Part shown: one piece after another, positions 1 to 13,800 of the stretch | Layout of the letters: every line of letters begins with the position of its first letter | Position numbering within the stretch: the stretch's first letter is position 1 | Source of the DNA: the human T2T-CHM13v2.0 reference genome, Homo sapiens | DNA length: 64,000 nt | Assembly (NCBI RefSeq): GCF_009914755.1 | Contig: NC_060940.1 | Direction: 5' to 3' (one strand) | Made by a program: the position numbers and the translations under genes | Notes under the pieces: model-generated | The model's input: the letters and a program-made list of their open reading frames with translations, nothing else | What the model was told of the DNA's origin: nothing | Database searches by the model: none

Positions 1-13
1 ATTCCATCCGATT

Positions 14-3000
14 TCATTGGATGATGACTCCATTCGAGTCCATTCGATGATTCCAATCGATTCCATTAGATGACTCCATTGGAGTCCATTTGATTGTTCC
101 ATTCGATTCCATTCGATTCCTTTCGAAGATTATTCCATTTGAGTCCATTCGATGATGATTCCATTCCATTCCATTCGATGATTCCGTTTGATTCCATTCG
201 ATGATTCCCTTCGATTCCTTTCTTTGATGATTCCATTCCATTCCATTCAATGATTCCATTCGAATCTATTCCATGATGATTCCTTTCGATTCCATTCGCT
301 GATGTTTCCGTTCAATTCCATTCGATGATGATTCCATTCGATTCCATTCATTGAGGATTCCATTTGATTCCATTCAATGATGATTCCATTCTATTCCATT
401 CAATGATTGCATTCAATTCCATTCAATGATTATCCCCTTAGAGTAAACTCAACGATTCCATTCAATACCATTCGATGATGATTCCTTTTGAGTCCATTCA
501 ATGATTTCATTCAAGTCCATTTGATGATTCCTTTCAATTCCATTCTATGATGATTCCATTCGAGTCCATTCGATGATTCCATTCGATTGCATTCGATGAT
601 TCCATTATATTCCATTCAACGGTGATTCCATTCGAGTCCATTCCATGATTCCATTAGAGTACATTTAATGATTGCTTTGTTTTCAATTCGAAGATGATTA
701 CATTGGATTCCATTCTATGATACCATTCGATTCCATTCAATGATGATTCCACTCAAATCCATTGGATGATTCCATTCGTGTCCATTCGGTGATTTCATTA
801 GATTCCATTCGAGGATGATTCCATTCGATTCCATTCGATGATTCCATTCTATTCTATTCGATGATGATTCCATTCGATTCCATTCGATGATGATTGGATT
901 CGATTCCATTTGATGATTTCATTTGATTCCATTCGTTAATGATTTCGATCAATTCCATTCGATGATTCCATTCGATTCCATTCAATAATGATTACATCCG
1001 AGTCCATTCGATGATTCCCTTTGAGCCTGTTCGATAATTCCATTTGAGTCCAACCAATGATTCCATTCATTTCCATTCAATGATTCCATTCGAGTCCATT
1101 TGATCATTCCGGTAGGGTCCATTCGATGTTGATTCCATTGGAGTGCATTCGATGATTCCATTCGAGTCCATTTTAGGATTTGATTCGAGTCCTTTCGATG
1201 ATTCCATTCGATTCCACTCGATGATTTCATTCGAGTCCATTTGACACTTCCAATCGATTCCATTTGATGATTCCATTCGAGTCCAATTGATGATTCCATT
1301 CAATTCCATTCGATGATGATTCCGTACAATTCCATTCTGTGATGATTCCATGTGATTGCATTCAATGATGATTCCTTTCGATTGCATTCGATTATGATTC
1401 ATTTCGTGTTCATTCTATGGTTCCACAGGTTTCCATTCGTGTCCATTCCATTATTCCATTCTATTCCATTTGATGATGATTCCATTCGATTCCATTCATT
1501 GGTGATTCCACTCAATTCCATTCAATGATTCCATTCCATTTCTTTCAACAATGATTCCATTAGTTTCTAATCGATGATCCACTTGATTCCATTTGACGAC
1601 GATTCCATTCTTGTCCATTCGATGATTCCATTTGATTCCATATGATGATGATTCCATTCGATTCCATACCATGATGATTCCATTCGAGTCCATTCAATGG
1701 TGATTCCATTCAATTCCATTCGATGATTCCTTTTGATTCCATTCGATGATGATTGCATTCGATTCCTTTCAATCATTCCCTTTGATTCCATTCAAAAGTG
1801 ATTTCATTCAAGTCCATTCGATAATTGCATTCGATTCCATTCTATGATGATTCCATTCGAGTCCATTTGATGATTCCATTCAATTCAAGTCAATGATGAT
1901 TCCATTCGATTCCATTCGATGATTCCATTGGATTCCATTCGATGATGATTCCATTCAAATCCATTCGATAATTCAATTCAAGTCCATTCGATGATGATTC
2001 CAATCGAATCCATTCAAAGATTCCATTCAGTTCCATTCGATGATTCCCTTAGATTCCATTCGATGATTCCACTTGATTGCATTTACGATGATTCCATTCG
2101 ATTCCATGTGATGATTCCATTCAATTCTATTCAATGATGTCTCCATTTGATTCCATTCGACCATGATTGCCTTTGATTCCATTCAATGATTCCATTCGGT
2201 TCCGTTTGATGATGATTCCGTTCGATTCCATTTGATGATTCCATTTGATTCCATTGGATGAGTCCATTCGATTACATTCGATGATTATTCCATTCGAGTG
2301 CATTAGATGATTCCATTCGAGTCCATTCGATGATTCCATTCGATTCCATTCGATGTTGATTCTGTTCAAATCCATTCGATGATTCCACTCGATTCCATTC
2401 GTTGACTCCATTTGATCCCATTCGATGATTTCCTTTGATTCCCTTTGATGATCATTCCATTTGATTCAATTCGGTGATTTCATTTGATTCCATTCAGTGA
2501 TGTTTCCATTCGACTCCATTCGATGATGATTCCATTCGACTCCATTCGATTATGATTTCATTCAATTCCATTCGATAATGATTCCCTTCGAGTCCATTCG
2601 ATGATTCCATTCGATTCCATTCAACGATGATTTGATTCGTGTCCATTCGATGATTCCATTTGATTCCACTTGATGATGATTCCATTCGAGTCCATTTGAT
2701 GATTCCATTCAATTCCATACTCCGATGATTTCTTTTGAGCCCACTCAATGCTTCCACTCGATTCCATATGATGATGACTCCATTCGATGAAATTCGATGA
2801 TGATTCCATTCGCTTGCTTTCGATGATGATTCCACTTGAGTCCGTTAGAAGATTCTATTCAATTACATTCCATGACGATTCCGTTCGAGTCCATTTGATG
2901 ATTCCATTAGACTCCATTCGACGATGATTCCATTCGATGTTATTCGATGATTCCATTCGATCTCATTCGATGATGATTCCATTCAACTCCATTCGATGTT

Positions 3001-4771
3001 TCCATTCGAGTTCATTCTATTATTCCATTAGATTCCATTCGATGATGATTCCATTCGATTCCATTTGATGATTGCATTCTATTTCATTTGATGATGATTC
3101 CATTCGAGTCCACTCGATGATTCCATTCGAGTCCATTTAATGAATCCATTGGTTTCAATTCTATGATGATTACATTGGATTCCATTCGTTGATGATTTCA
3201 TTCGGTTCCATTCAAGGATGATTCCATTCAATTCCTTTCAATGTTTCCATTCAATTCCATACGATGATGATTCCATTTGATTTGATTCGACAGTGAGCCA
3301 TTCGATTCAATTCCATGATGATTCTATTTGATTCAATTGGTTGACATTTCCATTCGATTCCATTCGATGATGATTCCCTTTGATTCCGTTCAAAGATGAT
3401 TCCATTCTAGCCCATTCAATCATTCCATTCGATTCTATTCAATGATGATTCCATTCATGTCGATTTGGTGATTCCATTTGACTTCATTTGATGATGATTC
3501 CTTTCAAGTTCATTAGATGATTCCATTCGATTCCATTTGATGATGATCCCATTCGAGTCCATTCAGTGATTCCATTCGTTTCCATTCCATGATGATTCCA
3601 TTCCTTTCCATTCAATGATTCCATTCGATTCCGTTTGATGATGATTTCATTCGAGTCCATTTGATGATTCCATTTGATTCCATTCGATGATGATTCCATT
3701 CGAGTCCATTCGATGATTCTATTCGAATCCATTTGATGATTTCTTTTGATTATATTTGGTGATGATTCCATTGGAGTCCATTCAATGATTCCATTCTATT
3801 CCAATCGATGATGATTCCATTAGAGTCCATTTAATGATTCCATTTGATTCCAGTCTCTGATGATTACATTCGAGTCCATACGATGATTCCACTCAATTCC
3901 ATATGATGATGATTCCATTTGATTCCATTCGGTGATTCCATTCTATTCTATTCAATGGTGATTCCATTCGAGTACATTAGATGATTCCATTCGATTCCAT
4001 TCAATGATGATTCTATTTGTGTCCCTTAGATGATTCCACATGATTCCATTAGATGATGATACTATTTGAGCCCATCCAATGATTCCCTTCGATTCCATTC
4101 GATGAGGATTCCATTCGATTCAATTCATTGGTGATTCTATTCAATTCAATTCTTTGATTCCATTCCATTCCATTCGACAATGATTCCATTCGATTTCTTT
4201 CGATGATTCCACTCGATTCCACTTGACATTGATTCCATTCGATTCCATTCAATGATTCCATTTGATTCCAGTGGATGATGATTGCCATCGATTCCATTCG
4301 ATCACTCCATTCTATTCCATTTGATGATGATTACATTCGATTCCATTTGATGATTCCATCTGATTCTATTCGAGGATTCCATTTGATTCCATTCGATGAT
4401 GATTCCATTCGAGTCCATTCGATGATTTCATTCGAGTACATCCAATGATTCCATTCGAGTCCATTAGATGATTCCATTTGATTCCATTTGAAAATGATTC
4501 TACTAGAGTCCATTCAATGACTCCATTCGAGTCCATTCAACAATTCCATTCGACTCCATTCGATGATTCCATTCGATTCCATTTGATGGTTCCATTCGAG
4601 TCCATTTAATCATTACAGTCGAGTCCATTTGGTGATTCCACTGGATTTCTTTTGATAATGATACCATTCAATTACATTTGATGATGATCCCATTCAATTT
4701 CATTGGATGATGATTCCATTAGAGTCCATTCGATGATTTCATTCGAGTCCCTTCATTGATTCCATCCGATT
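14..4771 (+). repeat. Higher-order unit U1, 4758 bp (1351-bp and 3-bp deletions), haplotype A
   Basis: Landmark ORFs at 14 and 4772. The offset to the next unit is 4758 before ~845, 6109 from ~845 to ~1220 and 6112 afterwards. Confidence 0.88.
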
Positions 4772-7700
4772 TCATTGGATGATGACTCCATTCGAGTCCA
4801 TTCGATGATTCCAATCGATTCCATTAGATGACTCCATTGGAGTCCATTTGATTGTTCCATTCGATTCCATTCGATTCCTTTCGAAGATTATTCCATTTGA
4901 GTCCATTCGATGATGATTCCATTCCATTCCATTCGATGATTCCGTTTGATTCCATTCGATGATTCCCTTCGATTCCTTTCTTTGATGATTCCATTCCATT
5001 CCATTCAATGATTCCATTCGAATCTATTCCATGATGATTCCTTTCGATTCCATTCGCTGATGTTTCCGTTCAATTCCATTCGATGATGATTCCATTCGAT
5101 TCCATTCATTGAGGATTCCATTTGATTCCATTCAATGATGATTCCATTCTATTCCATTCAATGATTGCATTCAATTCCATTCAATGATTATCCCCTTAGA
5201 GTAAACTCAACGATTCCATTCAATACCATTCGATGATGATTCCTTTTGAGTCCATTCAATGATTTCATTCAAGTCCATTTGATGATTCCTTTCAATTCCA
5301 TTCTATGATGATTCCATTCGAGTCCATTCGATGATTCCATTCGATTGCATTCGATGATTCCATTATATTCCATTCAACGGTGATTCCATTCGAGTCCATT
5401 CCATGATTCCATTAGAGTACATTTAATGATTGCTTTGTTTTCAATTCGAAGATGATTACATTGGATTCCATTCTATGATACCATTCGATTCCATTCAATG
5501 ATGATTCCACTCAAATCCATTGGATGATTCCATTCGTGTCCATTCGGTGATTTCATTAGATTCCATTCGAGGATGATTCCATTCGATTCCATTCGATGAT
5601 TCCATTCAATTCCATTCGATGATGATTCCATTCCAGTCCATATGATCATTCCATTTGATTTCATTCGATGATGATTCCATTCGATTCCATTCGACGATTC
5701 CATTCTATTCCATTCGATGATGATTCCATTCGAGTCCATTCGATGATTCCATTCGAGTCCATTTAATGATTCCATTGGGTTCAATTCAATGATGATTACA
5801 TTGGATTCCGTTCTATGATTCCATTCAATTCCGTTCATTGACAATTTGATTCCATTCGATGATGATTCCATTTGAGTTCATTCTATGATTCTATTCGATT
5901 CTCTTCGATGGTGATTCAATTCTATTATATTGGATGATTCCATTCGATTCCATTTGATGTTGATTCAATTCGATTCTATTCGATGATGATTCCATTGGAT
6001 TTCACTTGATGATTCTATTCGATTCCATTCAATGATGATTCACTTCTCGTCCATTGGATGATTCCATTTCATTCCATTCGATGATGATTCCATTCGATTC
6101 CATTCGATGATTCCATTTGATTCCATGCGACGGTGAGCAATTCGATTCAATTCCATGATGATTCTATTTGATTCAATTAGATGATGTTTCCATTCGAATC
6201 CATTCCATGATTATTCCATTGGAATCCATTCGGCGATGATTCCATATGAGTCAATTCAATGATGATTCCATATGGGTCCGTTCGATGATAATTCCATTTG
6301 ATTTCATTCGATGCTTCTATTCTATTCCAGTCGATGATGATTCCGTTGGAGTCCATACGATGATTCCATTTGATTTCATTTGATGATGATTCCATTCGAT
6401 GATGATTACATTGGATTCCATTCTATGATTCCATTCAATTCCATTCGTTGATGATTCGATTCCATTCAATGATGATTCCATTTGAGTTCATTCGATGATT
6501 CTATTCGATTCCGTTCGATGGTGATTCAATTCTATTATATTGGATGATTCCACTCGATTCCATTTGATGATTATTCCATTGGAGTCCACTTAGTGAATCC
6601 TTTAGATTCTACTCGACGATGATTCCATTCGAGTCCATTCGATGATACCATTCAATTCCATTCGTTGATGCTTCCATTCAAGTGCATTCGATGATATCAT
6701 TCGATTCCATTTGATGATAATTCCATTTGATTCCATGCGGTGATTCTATTCGATTCCATTCAATGATAATTCCATTCAATTCAGTGATTCCTCTGGACTC
6801 CATTTGATGATGATTCCATTCAATGATTCCATTCGATTCTATTCGAAAATGATTCCATTTGAATCCATTTGATGATGATTCCATTAGATTCCATTTGATG
6901 ATTCCATTCGATTCCATTCGACGATGATTCCATTCGATTCCGTTTGATGATTCCATTCTATTCTATTCGATGATGATTCCATTCGATTCCATTCGATGAT
7001 GATTGGATTCGATTCCATTTGATGATTTCATTTGATTCCATTCGTTAATGATTTCGATCAATTCCATTCGATGATTCCATTCGATTCCATTCGATAATGA
7101 TTACATCCGAGTCCATTCGATGATTCCCTTTGAGCCTGTTCGATAATTCCATTTGAGTCCAACCAATGATTCCATTCATTTCCATTCAATGATTCCATTC
7201 GAGTCCATTTGATCATTCCGGTAGGGTCCATTCGATGTTGATTCCATTGGAGTGCATTCGATGATTCCATTCGAGTCCATTTTAGGATTTGATTCGAGTC
7301 CTTTCGATGATTCCATTCGATTCCACTCGATGATGATTTCATTCGAGTCCATTCGACACTTCCAATCGATTCCATTTGATGATTCCATTCGAGTCCAATT
7401 GATGATTCCATTCAATTCCATTCGATGATGATTCCGTACAATTCCATTCTGTGATGATTCCATGTGATTGCATTCAATGATGATTCCTTTCGATTGCATT
7501 CGATTATGATTCATTTCGTGTTCATTCTATGGTTCCACAGGTTTCCATTCGTGTCCATTCCATTATTCCATTCTATTCCATTTGATGATGATTCCATTCG
7601 ATTCCATTCATTGGTGATTCCACTCAATTCCATTCAATGATTCCATTCCATTTCTTTCAACAATGATTCCATTAGTTTCTAATCGATGATCCACTTGATT

Positions 7701-10700
7701 CCATTTGACGACGATTCCATTCTTGTCCATTCGATGATTCCATTTGATTCCATATGATGATGATTCCATTCGATTCCATACCATGATGATTCCATTCGAG
7801 TCCATTCAATGGTGATTCCATTCAATTCCATTCGATGATTCCTTTCGATTCCATTCGATGATGATGGCATTCGATTCCTTTCAATCATTCCCTTTGATTC
7901 CATTCCGAGGTGATTTCATTCAAGTCCATTCGATAATTGCATTCGATTCCATTCTATGATGATTCCATTCGAGTCCATTTGATGATTCCATTCAATTCAA
8001 GTCAATGATGATTCCATTCGATTCCATTCGATGATTCCATTGGATTCCATTCGATGATGATTCCATTCAAATCCATTCGATAATTCAATTCAAGTCCATT
8101 CGATGATGATTCCAATCGAATCCATTCAAAGATTCCATTCAGTTCCATTCGATGATTCCCTTAGATTCCATTCGATGATTCCACTTGATTGCATTTACGA
8201 TGATTCCATTCGATTCCATGTGATGATTCCATTCAATTCTATTCAATGATGTCTCCATTTGATTCCATTCGACCATGATTGCCTTTGATTCCATTCAATG
8301 ATTCCATTCGGTTCCGTTTGATGATGATTCCGTTCGATTCCATTTGATGATTCCATTTGATTCCATTGGATGAGTCCATTCGATTACATTCGATGATTAT
8401 TCCATTCGAGTGCATTAGATGATTCCATTCGAGTCCATTCGATGATTCCATTCGATTCCATTCGATGTTGATTCTGTTCAAATCCATTCGATGATTCCAC
8501 TCGATTCCATTCGTTGACTCCATTTGATCCCATTCGATGATTTCCTTTGATTCCCTTTGATGATCATTCCATTTGATTCAATTCGGTGATTTCATTTGAT
8601 TCCATTCAGTGATGTTTCCATTCGACTCCATTCGATGATGATTCCATTCGACTCCATTCGATTATGATTTCATTCAATTCCATTCGATAATGATTCCCTT
8701 CGAGTCCATTCGATGATTCCATTCGATTCCATTCAACGATGATTTGATTCGTGTCCATTCGATGATTCCATTTGATTCCACTTGATGATGATTCCATTCG
8801 AGTCCATTTGATGATTCCATTCAATTCCATACTCCGATGATTTCTTTTGAGCCCACTCAATGCTTCCACTCGATTCCATATGATGATGACTCCATTCGAT
8901 GAAATTCGATGATGATTCCATTCGCTTGCTTTCGATGATGATTCCACTTGAGTCCGTTAGAAGATTCTATTCAACTACATTCCAGGACGATTCCGTTCGA
9001 GTCCATTTGATGATTCCATTAGACTCCATTCGACGATGATTCCATTCGATGTTATTCGATGATTCCATTCGATCTCATTCGATGATGATTCCATTCAACT
9101 CCATTCGATGTTTCCATTCGAGTTCATTCTATTATTCCATTAGATTCCATTCGATGATGATTCCATTCGATTCCATTTGATGATTGCATTCTATTTCATT
9201 TGATGATGATTCCATTCGAGTCCACTCGATGATTCCATTCGAGTCCATTTAATGAATCCATTGGTTTCAATTCTATGATGATTACATTGGATTCCATTCG
9301 TTGATGATTTCATTCGGTTCCATTCAATGATGATTCCATTCAATTCCTTTCAATGTTTCCATTCAATTCCATACGATGATGATTCCATTTGATTTGATTC
9401 GACAGTGAGCCATTCGATTCAATTCCATGATGATTCTATTTGATTCAATTGGTTGACATTTCCATTCGATTCCATTCGATGATGATTCCCTTTGATTCCG
9501 TTCAAAGATGATTCCATTCTAGCCCATTCAATCATTCCATTCGATTCTATTCAATGATGATTCCATTCATGTCGATTTGGTGATTCCATTTGACTTCATT
9601 TGATGATGATTCCTTTCAAGTTCATTAGATGATTCCATTCGATTCCATTTGATGATGATCCCATTCGAGTCCATTCAGTGATTCCATTCGTTTCCATTCC
9701 ATGATGATTCCATTCCTTTCCATTCAATGATTCCATTCGATTCCGTTTGATGATGATTTCATTCGAGTCCATTTGATGATTCCATTTGATTCCATTCGAT
9801 GATGATTCCATTCGAGTCCATTCGATGATTCTATTCGAATCCATTTGATGATTTCTTTTGATTATATTTGGTGATGATTCCATTGGAGTCCATTCAATGA
9901 TTCCATTCTATTCCAATCGATGATGATTCCATTAGAGTCCATTTAATGATTCCATTTGATTCCAGTCTCTGATGATTACATTCGAGTCCATACGATGATT
10001 CCACTCAATTCCATATGATGATGATTCCATTTGATTCCATTCGGTGATTCCATTCTATTCTATTCAATGGTGATTCCATTCGAGTACATTAGATGATTCC
10101 ATTCGATTCCATTCAATGATGATTCTATTTGTGTCCCTTAGATGATTCCACATGATTCCATTAGATGATGATACTATTTGAGCCCATCCAATGATTCCCT
10201 TCGATTCCATTCGATGAGGATTCCATTCGATTCAATTCATTGGTGATTCTATTCAATTCAATTCTTTGATTCCATTCCATTCCATTCGACAATGATTCCA
10301 TTCGATTTCTTTCGATGATTCCACTCGATTCCACTTGACATTGATTCCATTCGATTCCATTCAATGATTCCATTTGATTCCAGTGGATGATGATTGCCAT
10401 CGATTCCATTCGATCACTCCATTCTATTCCATTTGATGATGATTACATTCGATTCCATTTGATGATTCCATCTGATTCTATTCGAGGATTCCATTTGATT
10501 CCATTCGATGATGATTCCATTCGAGTCCATTCGATGATTTCATTCGAGTACATCCAATGATTCCATTCGAGTCCATTAGATGATTCCATTTGATTCCATT
10601 TGAAAATGATTCTACTAGAGTCCATTCAATGACTCCATTCGAGTCCATTCAACAATTCCATTCGACTCCATTCGATGATTCCATTCGATTCCATTTGATG

Positions 10701-10860
10701 GTTCCATTCGAGTCCATTTGGTGATTCCACCGGATTTCTTTTGATAATGATATCATTCAATTACATTTGATGATGATCCCATTCAATTTCATTTGATGAT
10801 GACTCCATTAGACTCCATTCGATGATTTCATTCGAGTCCCTTCATTGATTCCATCCGATT
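4772..10860 (+). repeat. Higher-order unit U2, 6089 bp (6112 minus a 23-bp deletion at ~10715), haplotype A
   Basis: Paralogous ORFs 1496/7608, 2127/8239, 3484/9596 and 4049/10161 are all 6112 apart. AATCATTACAGTCGAGTCCATTT is missing at ~10715. Confidence 0.9.
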
Positions 10861-13800
10861 TCATTGGATGATGACTCCATTCGAGTCCATTCGATGATTC
10901 CACTCGATTCCATTAGATGATTCCATTGGAGTCCATTTGATTGTTCCATTCGATTCCATTCGATTCCTTTCGAAGATTATTCCATTTGAGTCCATTCGAT
11001 GATGATTCCATTCCATTCCATTCGATGATTCCGTTTGATTCCATTCGATGATTCCCTTTGATTCCTTTCTTAGATGATTCCATTCCATTCCATTCAATGA
11101 TTCCATTCGAATCTATTCCGTGATGATTCCTTTCGATTCCATTCGCTGATGTTTCCGTTCAATTCCATTCGGTGATGATTCCATTCGATTCCATTCATTG
11201 AGGATTCCATTTGATTCCATTCAATGATGATTCCGTTCTATTCCATTCAATGATTGCATTCAATTCCATTCAATGATTATCCCCTTAGAGTAAACTCAAC
11301 GATTCCATTCAATACCATTCGATGATGATTCGTTTTGAGTCCATTCAATGATTTCATTCAAGTCCATTTGATGATTCCTTTCAATTCCATTCTATGATGA
11401 TTCCATTCGAGTCCATTCGATGATTCCATTCGATTGCATTCGATGATTCCATTATATTCCAGTCAACGATGATTCCATTCGAGTCCATTCGATGATTCCA
11501 TTAGAGTACATTTAATGATTGCTTTGTTTTCAATTCGAAGATGATTACATTGGATTCCATTCTTTGATACCATTCGATTCCATTCAATGATGATTCCACT
11601 CAAATCTATTGGATGATTCCATTCGTTTCCGTTCGGTGATTTCATTAGATTCCATTCGAGGATGATTCCATTCGATTCCATTCGATGATTCCATTCAATT
11701 CCATTCGATGATGATTCCATTCCAGTCCATATGATCATTCCATTTGATTTCATTCGATGATGATTCCATTCGATTCCATTCGACGATTCCATTCTATTCC
11801 ATTCGATGATGATTCCATTCGAGTCCATTCGATGATTCCATTCGAGTCCATTTAATGATTCCATTGGGTTCAATTCAATGATGATTACATTGGATTCCGT
11901 TCTATGATTCCATTCAATTCCGTTCATTGACAATTTGATTCCATTCGATGATGATTCCATTTGAGTTCATTCGATGATTCTATTCGATTCTCTTCGATGG
12001 TGATTCAATTCTATTATATTGGATGATTCCATTCGATTCCATTTCATGTTGATTCAATTCGATTCTATTCGATGATGATTCCATTGGATTTCACTTGATG
12101 ATTCTATTCGATTCCATTCAATGATGATTCACTTCTCGTCCATTGGATGATTCCATTTCATTCCATTCGATGATGATTCCATTCGATTCCATTCGATGAT
12201 TCCATTTCATTCCATGCGACGGTGAGCAATTCGATTCAATTCAATGATGATTCTATCTGATTCAATTAGATGATGTTTCCATTCGAATCCATTCCATGAT
12301 TATTCCATTGGAATCCATTCGGCGATGATTCCATATGAGTCAATTCAATGATGATTCCATATGGGTCCGTTCGATGACAATTCCATTTGATTTCATTCGG
12401 TGCTTCTATTCAATTCCAGTCGATGATGATTCCGTTGGAGTCCATACGATGATTCCATTTGATTTCATTTGATGATGATTCCATTCGATGATGATTACAT
12501 TGGATTCCATTCTATGATTCCATTCAATTCCATTCGTTGATGATTCGATTCCATTCAATGATGATTCCATTTGAGTTCATTCGATGATTCTATTCGATTC
12601 CGTTCGATGGTGATTCAATTCTCTTATATTGGATGAATCCACTCGATTCCATTTGATGATTATTCCATTGGAGTCCACTTAGTGAATCCTTCAGATTCTA
12701 CTCGAAGATGATTCCATTCAAGTCCATTCGATGATACCATTCAATTCCATTCGTTGATGCTTCCATTCAAGTGCATTCGATCATATCATTCGATTCCATT
12801 TGATGATAATTCCATTTGATTCCATGCGATGATTCTATTCGATTCCATTCAATGATAATTCCATTCAGTTCAGTGATTCCTCTGGACTCCATTTGATGAT
12901 GATTCCATTCAATGATTCCATTCGATTCTATTTGAAAATGATTCCATTTGAATCCATTTGATGATGATTCCATTAGATTCCATTTGATGATTCCATTCGA
13001 TTCCATGCGACGATGATTCCATTCGATTCCATTTGATGATTCCATTCTATTCTATTCGATGATGATTCCATTTGATTCCATTCGATGATGATTGGATTCG
13101 ATTCCATTTGATGATTTCATTTGATTCCATTCGTTAATGATTTTGATCAATTCCATTCGATGATTCCATTCGATTCCATTCGATAATGATTACATCCGTG
13201 TGCATTCAATGATTCCATTTGAGCCTGTTCGATAATTCCATTTGAGTCCAACCAATGATTCCATTCATTTCCATTCAACGTTTCCATTCGAGTCCATTTG
13301 ATCATTCCGGTAGGGTCCATTCGATGTTGATTCCATTGGAGTGCATTCGATGATTCCATTCGAGTCCATTTTATGATTTGATTCGAGTCCTTTCGATGAT
13401 TCCATTCGATTCCACTCGATGATGATTTCATTCGAGTCCATTCGACACTTCCAATCGATTCCATTTGATGTTTCCATTCGAGTCCAATCGATGATTCCAT
13501 TCAATTCCATTCGATGATGATTCCGTATGATTCCATTCTGTGATGATTCCATGTGATTGCATTCAATGATGATTCCTTTAGATTGCATTCGATTGTGATT
13601 CATTTCGTCTTCATTCTATGGTTCCACAGGTTTCCATTCGTGTCCATTCCATTATTCCATTCTATTCCATTTGATGATGATTCCATTCGATTCCATTCAT
13701 TGGTGATTCCACTCAATTCCATTCCATTTCTTTCAACAATGATTCCATTAGTTTCTATTCGATGATCCACTTGATTGCATTTGACGACGATTCCATTCGT

